Positions 1 to 9,189 of a stretch of DNA of 64,000 nt are shown piece after piece; position 1 is the first letter of the stretch, and every line of letters begins with the position of its first letter. The stretch is from contig CANCPA010000001.1 of assembly GCA_947379895.1 (NCBI GenBank), positions 6,286 through 70,285 of the forward strand. Direction: 5' to 3'. Position numbers and translations under genes: made by a program. Below the pieces are notes generated by a model. The model ran no database searches. It was not told where the DNA came from and saw nothing but the letters and a program-made list of their open reading frames with translations. Origin of the DNA: Chitinophagaceae bacterium. GTDB lineage: Bacteria > Bacteroidota > Bacteroidia > Chitinophagales > Chitinophagaceae.

Positions 1-2
1 GC

Positions 3-422
3 ACCATTGGATTTATTGATGGAAATAACAATGGAATACAAAACAATAGTTACACTTACATCGACAAAAACGTTGTTTCTGCAATTTATTATTATCGATT
101 AAAACAAGTGGATATTGACGGAAACGCTTCATATAGCAATGTAATTAGTGTTAGCCTTCAATCGGACGATTTACAGTTGTCTGTGTATCCAAATCCATTT
201 GGCATCTCTTCTAAGATCAGCTATACTTTAACACGAAATGAAAAAATCAGTATTAATTTATATAACTCTGTTGGAGAATTAGTCGAAACTATTGCTAATG
301 AAAAACAACAGGCAGGTACATATCATCAATTAGTTTCAAGCAAACCTCTACCCAAAGGAACCTATTATTTAAGCTTAATAGTGGGTGATAAAAAATCAAA
401 CTTATTATTGATAAAGAAATAA
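3..422 (+). CDS. T9SS type A sorting domain-containing secreted protein, C-terminal fragment (gene starts before the window)
   Basis: Frame is open from position 3 (TIGFIDGNNNG...YYYRLKQVDIDGNASYSNVISV), followed by 'VYPNPF...ISINLYNSVG...GTYYLSL', the typical T9SS CTD signature. Confidence 0.9.
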   Translation, partial: TIGFIDGNNNGIQNNSYTYIDKNVVSAIYYYRLKQVDIDGNASYSNVISVSLQSDDLQLSVYPNPFGISSKISYTLTRNEKISINLYNSVGELVETIANEKQQAGTYHQLVSSKPLPKGTYYLSLIVGDKKSNLLLIKK

Positions 423-424
423 AG

Positions 425-454
425 AAAAGGCCTCGTTTTAAACGGGGCCTTTTT
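425..454. terminator. Bidirectional intrinsic terminator between convergent genes
   Basis: AAAAGGCCTCGTT-TTA-AACGGGGCCTTTT hairpin with A/T tracts on both sides. Confidence 0.85.
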
Positions 455-579
455 GCAATAAAAATGTTCTTAAACAATGCAAACCCCTCTAAGTATTATT
501 ATCAAGTAGACTCAAAAAAATATTTAAATTTAAAATCAATCAAATAACTTGTACCCTGAAAACTTGTAATATTCCCTTT

Positions 580-1671
580 TCACCTAATACCAATTGCCTT
601 GTCTACTATCCATTTTAATTGAGTATATCTTTCATTTCTTCCTTTAAAATGAAGGTTTGTAGAAAATAGAATCGCAGCATAGCCTAGTTTGTTGTCAATC
701 CATGGAAATGTCCCAAACAAACCCGGACTTGAGATGGCATTTGCCCGTTCTTTACCCTCCTCAATTACCCACTCTCCAAATCCATACCCCCAATTACTTG
801 CTTCATCGGGTGTATATGCCACCGCCACATCCTTAGCATAATTCTGCTGCATTGAATTAATAGATGTTTGAGAAAGCACTTGTTTACCGTTGTAATTCCC
901 TCCATTTAATAACATACTCAGAAATTGTAAATAATCTGTTGCACTTCCTACTGCACCACCTGCAGGAGACGCAACTCTACGATCACCAAATGTTGTATTG
1001 TTCATACCACATGGAATTGCAATTCTTTGTTGAAAGAGAGATTCAAACGATTGCCCCGCTATTTTTTCGATAATTGCCCCTGCAATTTGTAACCCCACAT
1101 TACTATAATGAAATGATTTTCCATGTTTACTTTCAGTAGGCATCTTTGCAATACTTTCAATTGCCTCATCCATAGAAGTATATTCTTGCTGTTGTGAAAT
1201 AGATTCCTTTAACGAAGGTGACTTAATGCCGGTAAGATGACTAAGGCAATCTTTTATTTGAATCTGTCCCTTTTTATGAACTGACATTATGGGCAAATAC
1301 TTACCAATAGTATCTTCAAGACTCAACTTCCCTTCTTGAATAAATGTCATAATTAGTGCTGCTGACAACCATTTACTACAACTTGCAATTGGCTTTTGAG
1401 TATTCAAATTGAAGTCCTGCATTTCATCATTTATTTCTTTTCCTTGCTTCTTCGAATACCATTTAACTCCCATTCTCTCACGAACATTCAAATTATTTTC
1501 AGTATGACTATATAACACTTTTCCATCCTTCCAAATCATCACAACGGCCCTCCCTCCTATTTCATGAATATTATCCTGCAGCCATTTATCTATCAAAGAA
1601 AATGAATTTTGAGCCCCACATTCTAACATAAATAAGGCAAATAGAAAAGAAGAAAAAATTTGCTTAAACAT
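580..1671 (-). CDS. Secreted serine hydrolase, beta-lactamase class C/AmpC-like family
   Basis: Signal peptide; SxxK motif (SCSK); YSN motif (FHYSNVG); SPGLFG in the C-terminal strand. Confidence 0.85.
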   Translation of the reverse strand: MFKQIFSSFLFALFMLECGAQNSFSLIDKWLQDNIHEIGGRAVVMIWKDGKVLYSHTENNLNVRERMGVKWYSKKQGKEINDEMQDFNLNTQKPIASCSKWLSAALIMTFIQEGKLSLEDTIGKYLPIMSVHKKGQIQIKDCLSHLTGIKSPSLKESISQQQEYTSMDEAIESIAKMPTESKHGKSFHYSNVGLQIAGAIIEKIAGQSFESLFQQRIAIPCGMNNTTFGDRRVASPAGGAVGSATDYLQFLSMLLNGGNYNGKQVLSQTSINSMQQNYAKDVAVAYTPDEASNWGYGFGEWVIEEGKERANAISSPGLFGTFPWIDNKLGYAAILFSTNLHFKGRNERYTQLKWIVDKAIGIR

Positions 1672-1895
1672 AAAAAACTATTATTGGTAACAAATTAAAT
1701 TATTTATCAGTCAGAGAAGATTTAAATAGTTAAACGAGTGATCGAAATTTCAATTCTTTAAGAAACTGTAAGTAATGGGATTTACGCTTTGAAAGTATAA
1801 AATTTAAAATAGATTCCTCAATTTAATTTTTTCAACTCCACTTACCTAAAACTTAGAACCTATATCTAAAACCCTTTCTCCTTAAATTTTATCCC

Positions 1896-2384
1896 TTAGA
1901 TTATCAATTGCATAAAAACAAGATCTAGCCATCTATCAAATTTATAACCCACCTCTTTAATACGTCCTGCTTCCACAAAGCCAAACTGATGATGAAAGGC
2001 ACAACTCTTTTCATTAGATGCATCAATGCCTGCAATCATTGTATGGAATCCACTATGCTTTGCAGCAGCTATTAACGATGTCAACAATTGTTTACCAATT
2101 CCCATTCCCTGAAAATCTACATGTACATATATTGAATGTTCTATACTGTACTTATAAGCAGTCCAAGCCCTAAAAGGGCCAAAAGTACCATAAGCGACTG
2201 CCTGATTATTCATTTCACAAACTAATACAGGAAAGCCATCTGCAATTTTTTTTTCAAACCAAGTTTCAACAAATTCAATATTTCGAGGATAATAATCATA
2301 GATAGCGGTAGTATTTTCTATTGCTTCATTCATTATTTCAAGAATAACAGGCAAATCCTTTATTACTGCGTTTCTTATTATCAT
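1896..2384 (-). CDS. GNAT N-acetyltransferase, phosphinothricin acetyltransferase (Pat/YncA)-like
   Basis: EHSIYV...QGMGIG...N..S..FH...GF...VGYKFDRWLD motifs. Start placed at ATG 2384 because a TATATTTG -7 box lies at 2390-2397 on the minus strand. Confidence 0.9.
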   Translation of the reverse strand: MIIRNAVIKDLPVILEIMNEAIENTTAIYDYYPRNIEFVETWFEKKIADGFPVLVCEMNNQAVAYGTFGPFRAWTAYKYSIEHSIYVHVDFQGMGIGKQLLTSLIAAAKHSGFHTMIAGIDASNEKSCAFHHQFGFVEAGRIKEVGYKFDRWLDLVFMQLII

Positions 2385-2586
2385 AGTGCCAAATATAGAA
2401 AAATGTGTTAGTAATTGTTTCAAGACTTCAAATTCAACTTAACTTAAACATTCATTGCTTCATAAAGAAACCTGAATATTCATCCTGACATTTTTGGAAT
2501 AAAAAAATCTATTCTCCATTTTCGTATCTAATTTAAGGTAAAATTCGTACGGCAATTTCAATTCCGTGTCAAAGTGTCAAAATAAA

Positions 2587-2838
2587 CTCATGAGTTAAGC
2601 GACGCAACTTATAAGTTAAGCGACGCAACTTATAAGTTAAGCGACGCAACTTATAAGTTAAGCGACGCAACCTATGAGTTTAGCGAAAAAACCTATCGGT
2701 TAAGCTATAAAACCTATGAGTTAAATCACACAGCTTATGAGTTAAACTACAAAACCTAATGGTTTAGCGACATAACTTAAGGGTAAAACCACAAGACCTA
2801 TCAGTTAAACGGCAAAACCCATAAGTAAAACGAGAAAG
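2587..2838. repeat. Tandem array of 12 x 21-bp units
   Basis: Units 2-4 are identical (CTTATAAGTTAAGCGACGCAA); units 5-12 are progressively more degenerate. Unit positions 1 (C), 4 (A), 8 (G), 9 (T) and 12 (A) are invariant. Confidence 0.95.
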
Positions 2839-2886
2839 GGTATAATATTAACTTGTGAAAGTATAACTAAGTAGAACCCTCCTCCT

Positions 2887-2894
2887 TATATTTG
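2887..2894 (+). promoter_or_regulatory. Bacteroidota housekeeping -7 promoter element for asnS
   Basis: TATATTTG matches TAnnTTTG and ends 21 nt before ATG 2916. Confidence 0.65.
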
Positions 2895-2915
2895 CCGACG
2901 TTTAAAATAAAAAGA

Positions 2916-4364
2916 ATGTTTAACAATAGAGTTAAGATTAAGCAATTGCTTGGAAGCGAGCAAACAGGACATGAGGTTGTTGTAATGGGATGGGTACGTA
3001 CTTTCCGAAACAATCAGTTTATAGCATTAAATGATGGCAGTACTAACAATAACCTTCAAGTAGTGGTTGAATTGGGTTTGCTTGACGACAATACACTAAA
3101 AAGATTAACAACAGGTGCTTCTATCAAGGTAACAGGAGAAGTGGTTGCTAGTCTTGGAAAAGGACAAAAGGTAGAAGTTAAAGCTAAGACCCTTGAGATT
3201 TTAGGTGACAGTGATGCAGAGAAATATCCCTTGCAACCTAAGAAACATAGTTTAGAATTTTTGAGAGAAAAAGCACATTTGCGTTTTCGTACGAACACTT
3301 TTGGGTCTGTATTTCGTTTACGTCATGCATTAGCATTTGCGGTACATCAGTTTTTTAATGAAAAAGGGTTTGTTTACCTTAATACACCGATCATTACCTC
3401 GAGCGATGCAGAAGGTGCAGGCGAAATGTTTAGAGTTACAACACTTCCACTTGAAAATCCTCCTTTAAACCAAGATGGTAGCATCAACTATACCGAAGAT
3501 TTTTTTGGGAAGAGTACAAATCTAACTGTAAGCGGTCAGTTAGAAGGTGAACTTGGAGCGATGGCATTTAGCGAAATCTATACTTTTGGTCCTACATTCA
3601 GGGCAGAGAATTCAAATACTACCCGTCACCTTGCAGAGTTTTGGATGATTGAACCAGAAGTTGCCTTCAACGACCTTGAGGATAATATGAATCTTGCTGA
3701 AGAGTTTATTCAATATTTGATTCGATATGCCATGAAGCATAATTTGGAAGATCTTGAATTTTTAGACCAACGTTTAGCAGAAGAAGAAAAACAAAAACCT
3801 GTAAACGAAAGAAGCGAATTAGGTTTATTGGACAAGCTTCGTTTTGTTGTTGACAATCAATTTGAAAGAATTACTTATACTGAAGCCATACAGATTCTTT
3901 TAGATAGTCCTGCTTACAAGAAAAAGAAATTTAAGTATGAAGTAGGATGGGGAATTGATATGCAGAGCGAACATGAACGCTATTTGGTAGAAAAGCATTT
4001 CAAGAAACCTGTAATTGTTACAGGATACCCTGCTGCAATCAAGGCGTTTTATATGCGTTTGAATGATAATTGTGAAGAAGGAAGACAAACAGTGGCTGCT
4101 ATGGACATTTTAGCACCTGGTATTGGTGAAATAGTGGGTGGAAGTCAGCGGGAAGAAAGAATTGACAAATTAGAAAAGCGGATGCAAGAAATGCATATTC
4201 CACTTGAAGAAATGAGCTGGTATTTGGATACACGCCGTTTTGGTTCAGTACCACATGCAGGTTTTGGATTAGGTTTCGAGCGCATGGTACAATTTGTTAC
4301 AGGCATGACAAATATCCGTGACGTAATTGCCTTTGCAAGAACTCCGAATAATTGTGAATATTAA
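2916..4364 (+). CDS. asnS: Asparagine--tRNA ligase
   Basis: OB fold (GWVRTFR...FIALNDGS), class II motif [21 protein letters not shown], and [11 protein letters not shown]. Confidence 0.97.
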   Translation: MFNNRVKIKQLLGSEQTGHEVVVMGWVRTFRNNQFIALNDGSTNNNLQVVVELGLLDDNTLKRLTTGASIKVTGEVVASLGKGQKVEVKAKTLEILGDSDAEKYPLQPKKHSLEFLREKAHLRFRTNTFGSVFRLRHALAFAVHQFFNEKGFVYLNTPIITSSDAEGAGEMFRVTTLPLENPPLNQDGSINYTEDFFGKSTNLTVSGQLEGELGAMAFSEIYTFGPTFRAENSNTTRHLAEFWMIEPEVAFNDLEDNMNLAEEFIQYLIRYAMKHNLEDLEFLDQRLAEEEKQKPVNERSELGLLDKLRFVVDNQFERITYTEAIQILLDSPAYKKKKFKYEVGWGIDMQSEHERYLVEKHFKKPVIVTGYPAAIKAFYMRLNDNCEEGRQTVAAMDILAPGIGEIVGGSQREERIDKLEKRMQEMHIPLEEMSWYLDTRRFGSVPHAGFGLGFERMVQFVTGMTNIRDVIAFARTPNNCEY

Positions 4365-4478
4365 GCTAGTTACTAGTTGCAAGTTGCAAGTTACTAGATG
4401 CAAGTTCTAGATACAGGTAATTGATTTAGGAAGTCTAAATTCGCTTACTAATAACTTGTAACTTATAACCTGCAACCA
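4365..4478. repeat. Inverted heptamer-array element between asnS and ctaA
   Basis: GCTAGTT ACTAGTT GCAAGTT GCAAGTT ACTAGAT GCAAGTT starts right after the stop codon; the complementary arm is AACTTGT AACTTAT AACCTGC AAC. Confidence 0.85.
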
Positions 4479-4495
4479 ATTAAACACTTTCAATC

Positions 4496-5515
4496 ATGTT
4501 AGTTTCTAAAGCTTTTATTCGTTATATATGGATCGTACTGATTGCTATCTTCATGTTAATAGTAGTTGGTAGCATTGTGAGAACTACACAAAGTGGTATG
4601 GGATGTCCTGACTGGCCTACTTGTTTTGGAAAGATTGTTCCTCCAACTGATTCTATTCAGGTGGTTTTTCAACCAAATCATGTCTACAAAAAAGGGCAGT
4701 TCATCATTCATAATGACAGCTTAATATATTCAATTCAATCATTTAAGAGTAGTGTAGTTTATGATCCCGAGAACTGGAAACATTATGAAAAACATAACTA
4801 CGCCAAGTTTTCGGTCATTCATACTTGGATTGAATATATTAATCGATTATTAGGAGCTTTATTGGGCCTGTTAATATTATTTCAAGTCATTTGGAGTCTG
4901 TTTTATTTCAGAAAAAAAAGCAGTATATTTTGGTTAAGTCTATTATTGGTATTAATTACTGCTTTTCAGGCATGGCTTGGCAAAACTGTAGTAGATAGCA
5001 ACTTAGCATTGTTAAAGATAACAGCACACCTATTTGGCGCATTAGCAATGGTCTTTGTAAGCCAATATATATTATTTATTGTAAAAGGCAAGCAAACAGA
5101 GTATACTAAGAGAAGTTTCATCTTGTTAAATATGGCTTTGGGACTTCTAGTTATTATTCAGATAATATTTGGCACTCAAGTAAGGGGTGAAATTGATAAT
5201 ATTAACGAGCATTTCAGTTATATCAATCGAAGTGGATGGTTAGCATTATTAGATACCTGGTTTTATATTCATCGTAGCTTTTCCTTATTTATTGCCACAA
5301 TAGTTATTTATTTAACAATTAACTCGGCAGGATTTCCTAATTTGAATAGACTATTTAAGAGAGTTTTGATTGTTACAATACTAGAAATTGTTGCAGGAGG
5401 AGTATTCATGTTCGCCGACTTCCCCAAATTAATTCAACCTATACATTTATTATTATCTTCTATTTTAATAGCATTTATTTTTGACAATGCTTTAAAACTA
5501 AAATCAAAACAGTAG
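4496..5515 (+). CDS. ctaA: Heme A synthase, COX15/CtaA family
   Basis: GSIVRTTQSGMGCPDWPTC, EYINRLLG and conserved His residues (ITAHL, YIHR, PIHLL); multi-TM. Confidence 0.9.
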   Translation: MLVSKAFIRYIWIVLIAIFMLIVVGSIVRTTQSGMGCPDWPTCFGKIVPPTDSIQVVFQPNHVYKKGQFIIHNDSLIYSIQSFKSSVVYDPENWKHYEKHNYAKFSVIHTWIEYINRLLGALLGLLILFQVIWSLFYFRKKSSIFWLSLLLVLITAFQAWLGKTVVDSNLALLKITAHLFGALAMVFVSQYILFIVKGKQTEYTKRSFILLNMALGLLVIIQIIFGTQVRGEIDNINEHFSYINRSGWLALLDTWFYIHRSFSLFIATIVIYLTINSAGFPNLNRLFKRVLIVTILEIVAGGVFMFADFPKLIQPIHLLLSSILIAFIFDNALKLKSKQ

Positions 5516-5643
5516 ATTAAAAAAGCATCTTTCTCTTAGCATGATTATACTCATTTTAGTTTCTTTGATGTATTATATTCATTAGTTAAAAATTGAGATC
5601 TATTTGATTTGTAAAAATAATTTTTTTATTTAAAAAATGTTTT

Positions 5644-5680
5644 TATGTTTGCATTCGAACAATCGTTCTAAACAAGTGTA
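5644..5680 (+). promoter_or_regulatory. -7 promoter box and putative TetR operator
   Basis: TATGTTTG (5644-5651) is followed by the imperfect palindrome GAACAATCGTTC just before the tetR start. Confidence 0.4.
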
Positions 5681-5683
5681 CGA

Positions 5684-6295
5684 ATGGAGAATACAGGCAT
5701 AAATACGGAAGAAAATATTAAGAATGCAGCACATAAAATCTTTACCCAAAAAGGATTTGAAGGTACATCAGTTCAGGATATTGCAACAGAGGCAGGCACC
5801 ACAAAATCGATGGTTAATTACTATTTTCGAACAAAAGAGAAACTATTTACAGAAATATTTCACGAGGAGTTTAGGAAATTATTTTCAGGAATTGGCGTTC
5901 ATTTAGCGTCTGATTTGCCTCTTAAACAAAAGATAGAAAGGGTGGTGGCATTCGATATTGAAAAGCTAAAAGAAATCCCCGATTTGCCTATATTCATATT
6001 GACAGAATTGCATCACAATCCTGAGATTGTTTTTAAAAATATTTTATCGGAACCTATTCAAATGCTGTTTCTACAATTGAATAAACAAATTGCTGAAGAA
6101 GTGTCAAAGGGTATAATTAAAACTTTAGAGGCAAGAGATTTATTCATCAATATACAGAGTTTAACAATATTTCCTTTCATTGCAAAGCCGATGATGATGC
6201 GACTTTTTGGATTAAATGAACAAGGCTTTTTGGATATGTTAGAGCAACGAAAAAAAGAGATACCAGAAATAATCTGGAACTCAATTAAGTTGTAA
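5684..6295 (+). CDS. TetR/AcrR family transcriptional regulator
   Basis: N-terminal HTH (IFTQKGFEGTSVQDIATEAGTTKSMVNYYFRTKEKLF). Confidence 0.95.
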   Translation: MENTGINTEENIKNAAHKIFTQKGFEGTSVQDIATEAGTTKSMVNYYFRTKEKLFTEIFHEEFRKLFSGIGVHLASDLPLKQKIERVVAFDIEKLKEIPDLPIFILTELHHNPEIVFKNILSEPIQMLFLQLNKQIAEEVSKGIIKTLEARDLFINIQSLTIFPFIAKPMMMRLFGLNEQGFLDMLEQRKKEIPEIIWNSIKL

Positions 6296-6339
6296 GTAGT
6301 AGGTTATACGTTTTCAGTATTGAGATTATTTGAATTGAA

Positions 6340-6504
6340 GTTACTACTCAGGTATTTTTGCCACTAGGGTCACAAGGTTTTGAACAAAGAAACACAAGGA
6401 AAAGTGTACTGTTTATTCATTTGCCTGTCAATTATTTTAAAAGAAGTCCTAGTGTTCCTTGTTTTTCTTCGTTGCCCTTGTGGTAGAACCTCCTGAGTAG
6501 TAAC
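6340..6504. mobile_element. MITE-like element, complete copy with target-site duplication
   Basis: Perfect 13-bp terminal inverted repeats GTTACTACTCAGG / CCTGAGTAGTAAC. Flanked by the direct repeat GAATTGAA at 6332-6339 and 6505-6512. Confidence 0.8.
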
Positions 6505-6542
6505 GAATTGAATTTAGAATTGTTTAAAAATATAAAAGAAGT

Positions 6543-6617
6543 ATGAACGTTATTATTAGTATTGTATTGAGCTTATCCGTATTTAATTATGGACCTATTA
6601 AAATGGAATCGCTATGA
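6543..6617 (+). CDS. Putative 24-aa small hydrophobic protein
   Basis: MNVIISIVLSLSVFNYGPIKMESL; A-rich upstream region; TGA overlaps the tolC ATG (ATGA). Confidence 0.3.
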   Translation: MNVIISIVLSLSVFNYGPIKMESL

Positions 6618-7942
6618 ATAAAATATTATTCTATTTTTTGTTTTACCTGACTGCATTGGGGACTTTGAATGCACAAAATAATGAGGTAATCAAGATTGAC
6701 AACTTGACTTCCCTTTGGAAACTTGCAATTGAGAATAATCCAACTCAAAAGGTATATGCATTAAAGAAACAGCAGACAATTGATGATCGCAAAACAGCTG
6801 AAAGTTATAAATACCCTCAAGCAACTATCGGCATAAATGGTCAAGATAATTTAATACAATCGGTTACACCTGTTCCTGGAATCATCTTTAATAAGCCTGG
6901 AACTGTTTATCTTCAATTCGGAAAGCATTATACTTACAATTCTGGACTTACTATTACAAAGGATTTATTTACTTGGCAGTCGAAGTGGCAAGAAAAGATT
7001 GCTAAGGAAAATATTGCTTTGAATACAGTGCAACAAGAAGCCTTTATTCAAACCCTTAAAACACAAATTGGACAATATTATTATGTGCTATTAGTAGCAA
7101 AATCTTCTATCAAGATTGCTGAAAGAGATATTTTAGTAGCAGACAGTGCCTTTCAAACAGCAAAACAGAAGTTTAAAGAAGGGTTGACTGATGCAAGTTT
7201 TGTGAATCAAGCAAACATAAACAAGAATAATGTATCCCAAAATCTAGAAACAAGTCAACTATTATATAATCAGGCAATGGCAAACCTGAAAATATTGAGT
7301 GGCGTTTCTGCAAATACAATTTTTGCATTTAAAGAAAATTCTATTGACAATGAATCGAATCAAATAAACGAAGAATATAGTGGCTTAGGAACAGATAAAA
7401 CGTTAATTCCCTATTCACTCAATATTACAATTGCAGAAATGCAATGTAAAGCACAAATAGCGGCTACCTATCCAAAGTTTGTAGCTACAGGATACTTTGG
7501 TTTTCAACAATTTCAAGATAATTTCAAGTTGGGTTTCGAAAAGAATTCTTGGACTGATTATCAATATATTGGCTTGGGATTAAATTGGCCAATCTTCACT
7601 GGATTTGCCAATTCTAATAAATTGAAGAGTATTACTACTCAAAAGCAAATCGCAGAAACAAATTTAAAGGCAGCAACGTTTCAAAGTGCAGTCAACGACT
7701 CCTTATTGATTCAGAACTATCAGACCTATCAGAGAATGACAATCACTTCTAAAAATTCATTTGAACTGTATGGTAAGAACCTTGGATTATCGATGCTGAA
7801 ATTTAAAGAAGGATTAGTGTCGATAGATAATTATTTAAAAATATTTCAAGATTACTTGACTGCAGAAAACACATATTTGAATAACTTAACTAATTATTTA
7901 AGTACAAAGGTTGCGATTGAGGCAAGAGCATCAACCCCCTAA
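6614..7942 (+). CDS. TolC family outer-membrane efflux protein
   Basis: Signal peptide, helical repeats, 'GLGLNWPIFTGF' beta-strand, operon context. Confidence 0.9.
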   Translation: MNKILFYFLFYLTALGTLNAQNNEVIKIDNLTSLWKLAIENNPTQKVYALKKQQTIDDRKTAESYKYPQATIGINGQDNLIQSVTPVPGIIFNKPGTVYLQFGKHYTYNSGLTITKDLFTWQSKWQEKIAKENIALNTVQQEAFIQTLKTQIGQYYYVLLVAKSSIKIAERDILVADSAFQTAKQKFKEGLTDASFVNQANINKNNVSQNLETSQLLYNQAMANLKILSGVSANTIFAFKENSIDNESNQINEEYSGLGTDKTLIPYSLNITIAEMQCKAQIAATYPKFVATGYFGFQQFQDNFKLGFEKNSWTDYQYIGLGLNWPIFTGFANSNKLKSITTQKQIAETNLKAATFQSAVNDSLLIQNYQTYQRMTITSKNSFELYGKNLGLSMLKFKEGLVSIDNYLKIFQDYLTAENTYLNNLTNYLSTKVAIEARASTP

Positions 7943-7992
7943 ATGGAATAAGACGAATTATATTTCAATCATATAAATTATTAATACTAGTC

Positions 7993-9087
7993 ATGAAAAA
8001 TTATTTATTATCAATTACAAGTATTGTATTTCTGCTAAGTTCCTGTAGCAATAAGCAAGGAGAAAAGCCTCAGCATAAGGACATTATTGACGCAGTATTT
8101 GCGAGTGGGAAGGCAATAACAATCAATCAATATAAAATAACCGCTTATACAGAGGGATATCTGACTGCATCATTGGTGTCGGAGGGGGATTCTGTTTCGA
8201 CAGGCCAAGCATTATTTCGTATTCAAAATGATGTTCAACAAACTCAGGTGAGCAACGCCGCAGATAACCTAAAGTTTGCTGAACAAAAGGTGTCAGCAAC
8301 TGCCCCACAATTGCTGCAATTACAAGAACAAATTAATGAGGCATTACTAAAGAAACATACAGATTCTGTCAACTTTATTCGATATCAGAAACTTATCAAG
8401 ACAAATGCAGTTGCTAAAGTGGATTACGACAATGTGTCTCTGACATATAACAACACCCTTTCTTCGATAAAAGTATTAGAAAAACAGTTGGCTGATTTAA
8501 AACAAACACTTACTAATAATGTGACGAATGCAAGGGCACAATATGAAATCCAACAACAGAATAATGGCTTTTACACCTTAAAAAGTGGAACGAATGGTTT
8601 GATATTGAATGTATTTAAAAAGAACGGCGATTTGGTCAAAAAAGGAGAAACAGTTGCTGATATGGGTTCAGGGAAAATTATTGCCAAATTATTTGTTGCT
8701 GAGGATGACATACAAAGAGTTGTATTAAAACAACCCGTTTTCATTTCTTTAAATACAGATAAATCTAAAACTTACAAAGCCACTATTTCTAAAATATATC
8801 CTTCTTTCGATGGAACAAGCCAATCATTTTTGGTAGAGGCTAGTTTCATAGATAAACCGGCAGTCTTGAAAGAAGGAACACAATTACAGGCGAACATTGT
8901 TGTAGCAGAAAAAAAGAATGTAATGGTCATACCTGCTCAGTATTTACTAGAAGGCGACTCTGTAGTATTGGTAGGAACGCATCAAAGAAAAGCCATTAAT
9001 TGTGGTATCAAGACCTTGGAGTGGGCAGAAGTAACAGGTGGATTGCGGGATAATGAAGAATTGGAATTACCCAAAAATAACCACTGA
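7993..9087 (+). CDS. Efflux periplasmic adaptor subunit (lipoprotein)
   Basis: Lipobox LSSC; lipoyl-like VSEGDSVSTGQALF and KKNGDLVKKGETV motifs flank a coiled coil. Confidence 0.9.
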   Translation: MKNYLLSITSIVFLLSSCSNKQGEKPQHKDIIDAVFASGKAITINQYKITAYTEGYLTASLVSEGDSVSTGQALFRIQNDVQQTQVSNAADNLKFAEQKVSATAPQLLQLQEQINEALLKKHTDSVNFIRYQKLIKTNAVAKVDYDNVSLTYNNTLSSIKVLEKQLADLKQTLTNNVTNARAQYEIQQQNNGFYTLKSGTNGLILNVFKKNGDLVKKGETVADMGSGKIIAKLFVAEDDIQRVVLKQPVFISLNTDKSKTYKATISKIYPSFDGTSQSFLVEASFIDKPAVLKEGTQLQANIVVAEKKNVMVIPAQYLLEGDSVVLVGTHQRKAINCGIKTLEWAEVTGGLRDNEELELPKNNH

Positions 9088-9189
9088 TTAAATGATTAGA
9101 GTGAATAAATGATGGATTTCATTGATTTTAAAGAATTTTATGTATTTGCTTTTCTCCAACCATTTTATTTAGAGAATAAATAAGAAAAC

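Noticed and set aside
580-1671. True beta-lactamase
   Set aside because: SxxK and YxN are present but the third motif is SPG rather than KTG, which fits the broad esterase/peptidase family. Activity cannot be inferred.
2587-2838. 21-bp arrays as CRISPR arrays
   Set aside because: Units are only 21 bp with no unique 25-45 nt spacers, and no cas genes are in the window.
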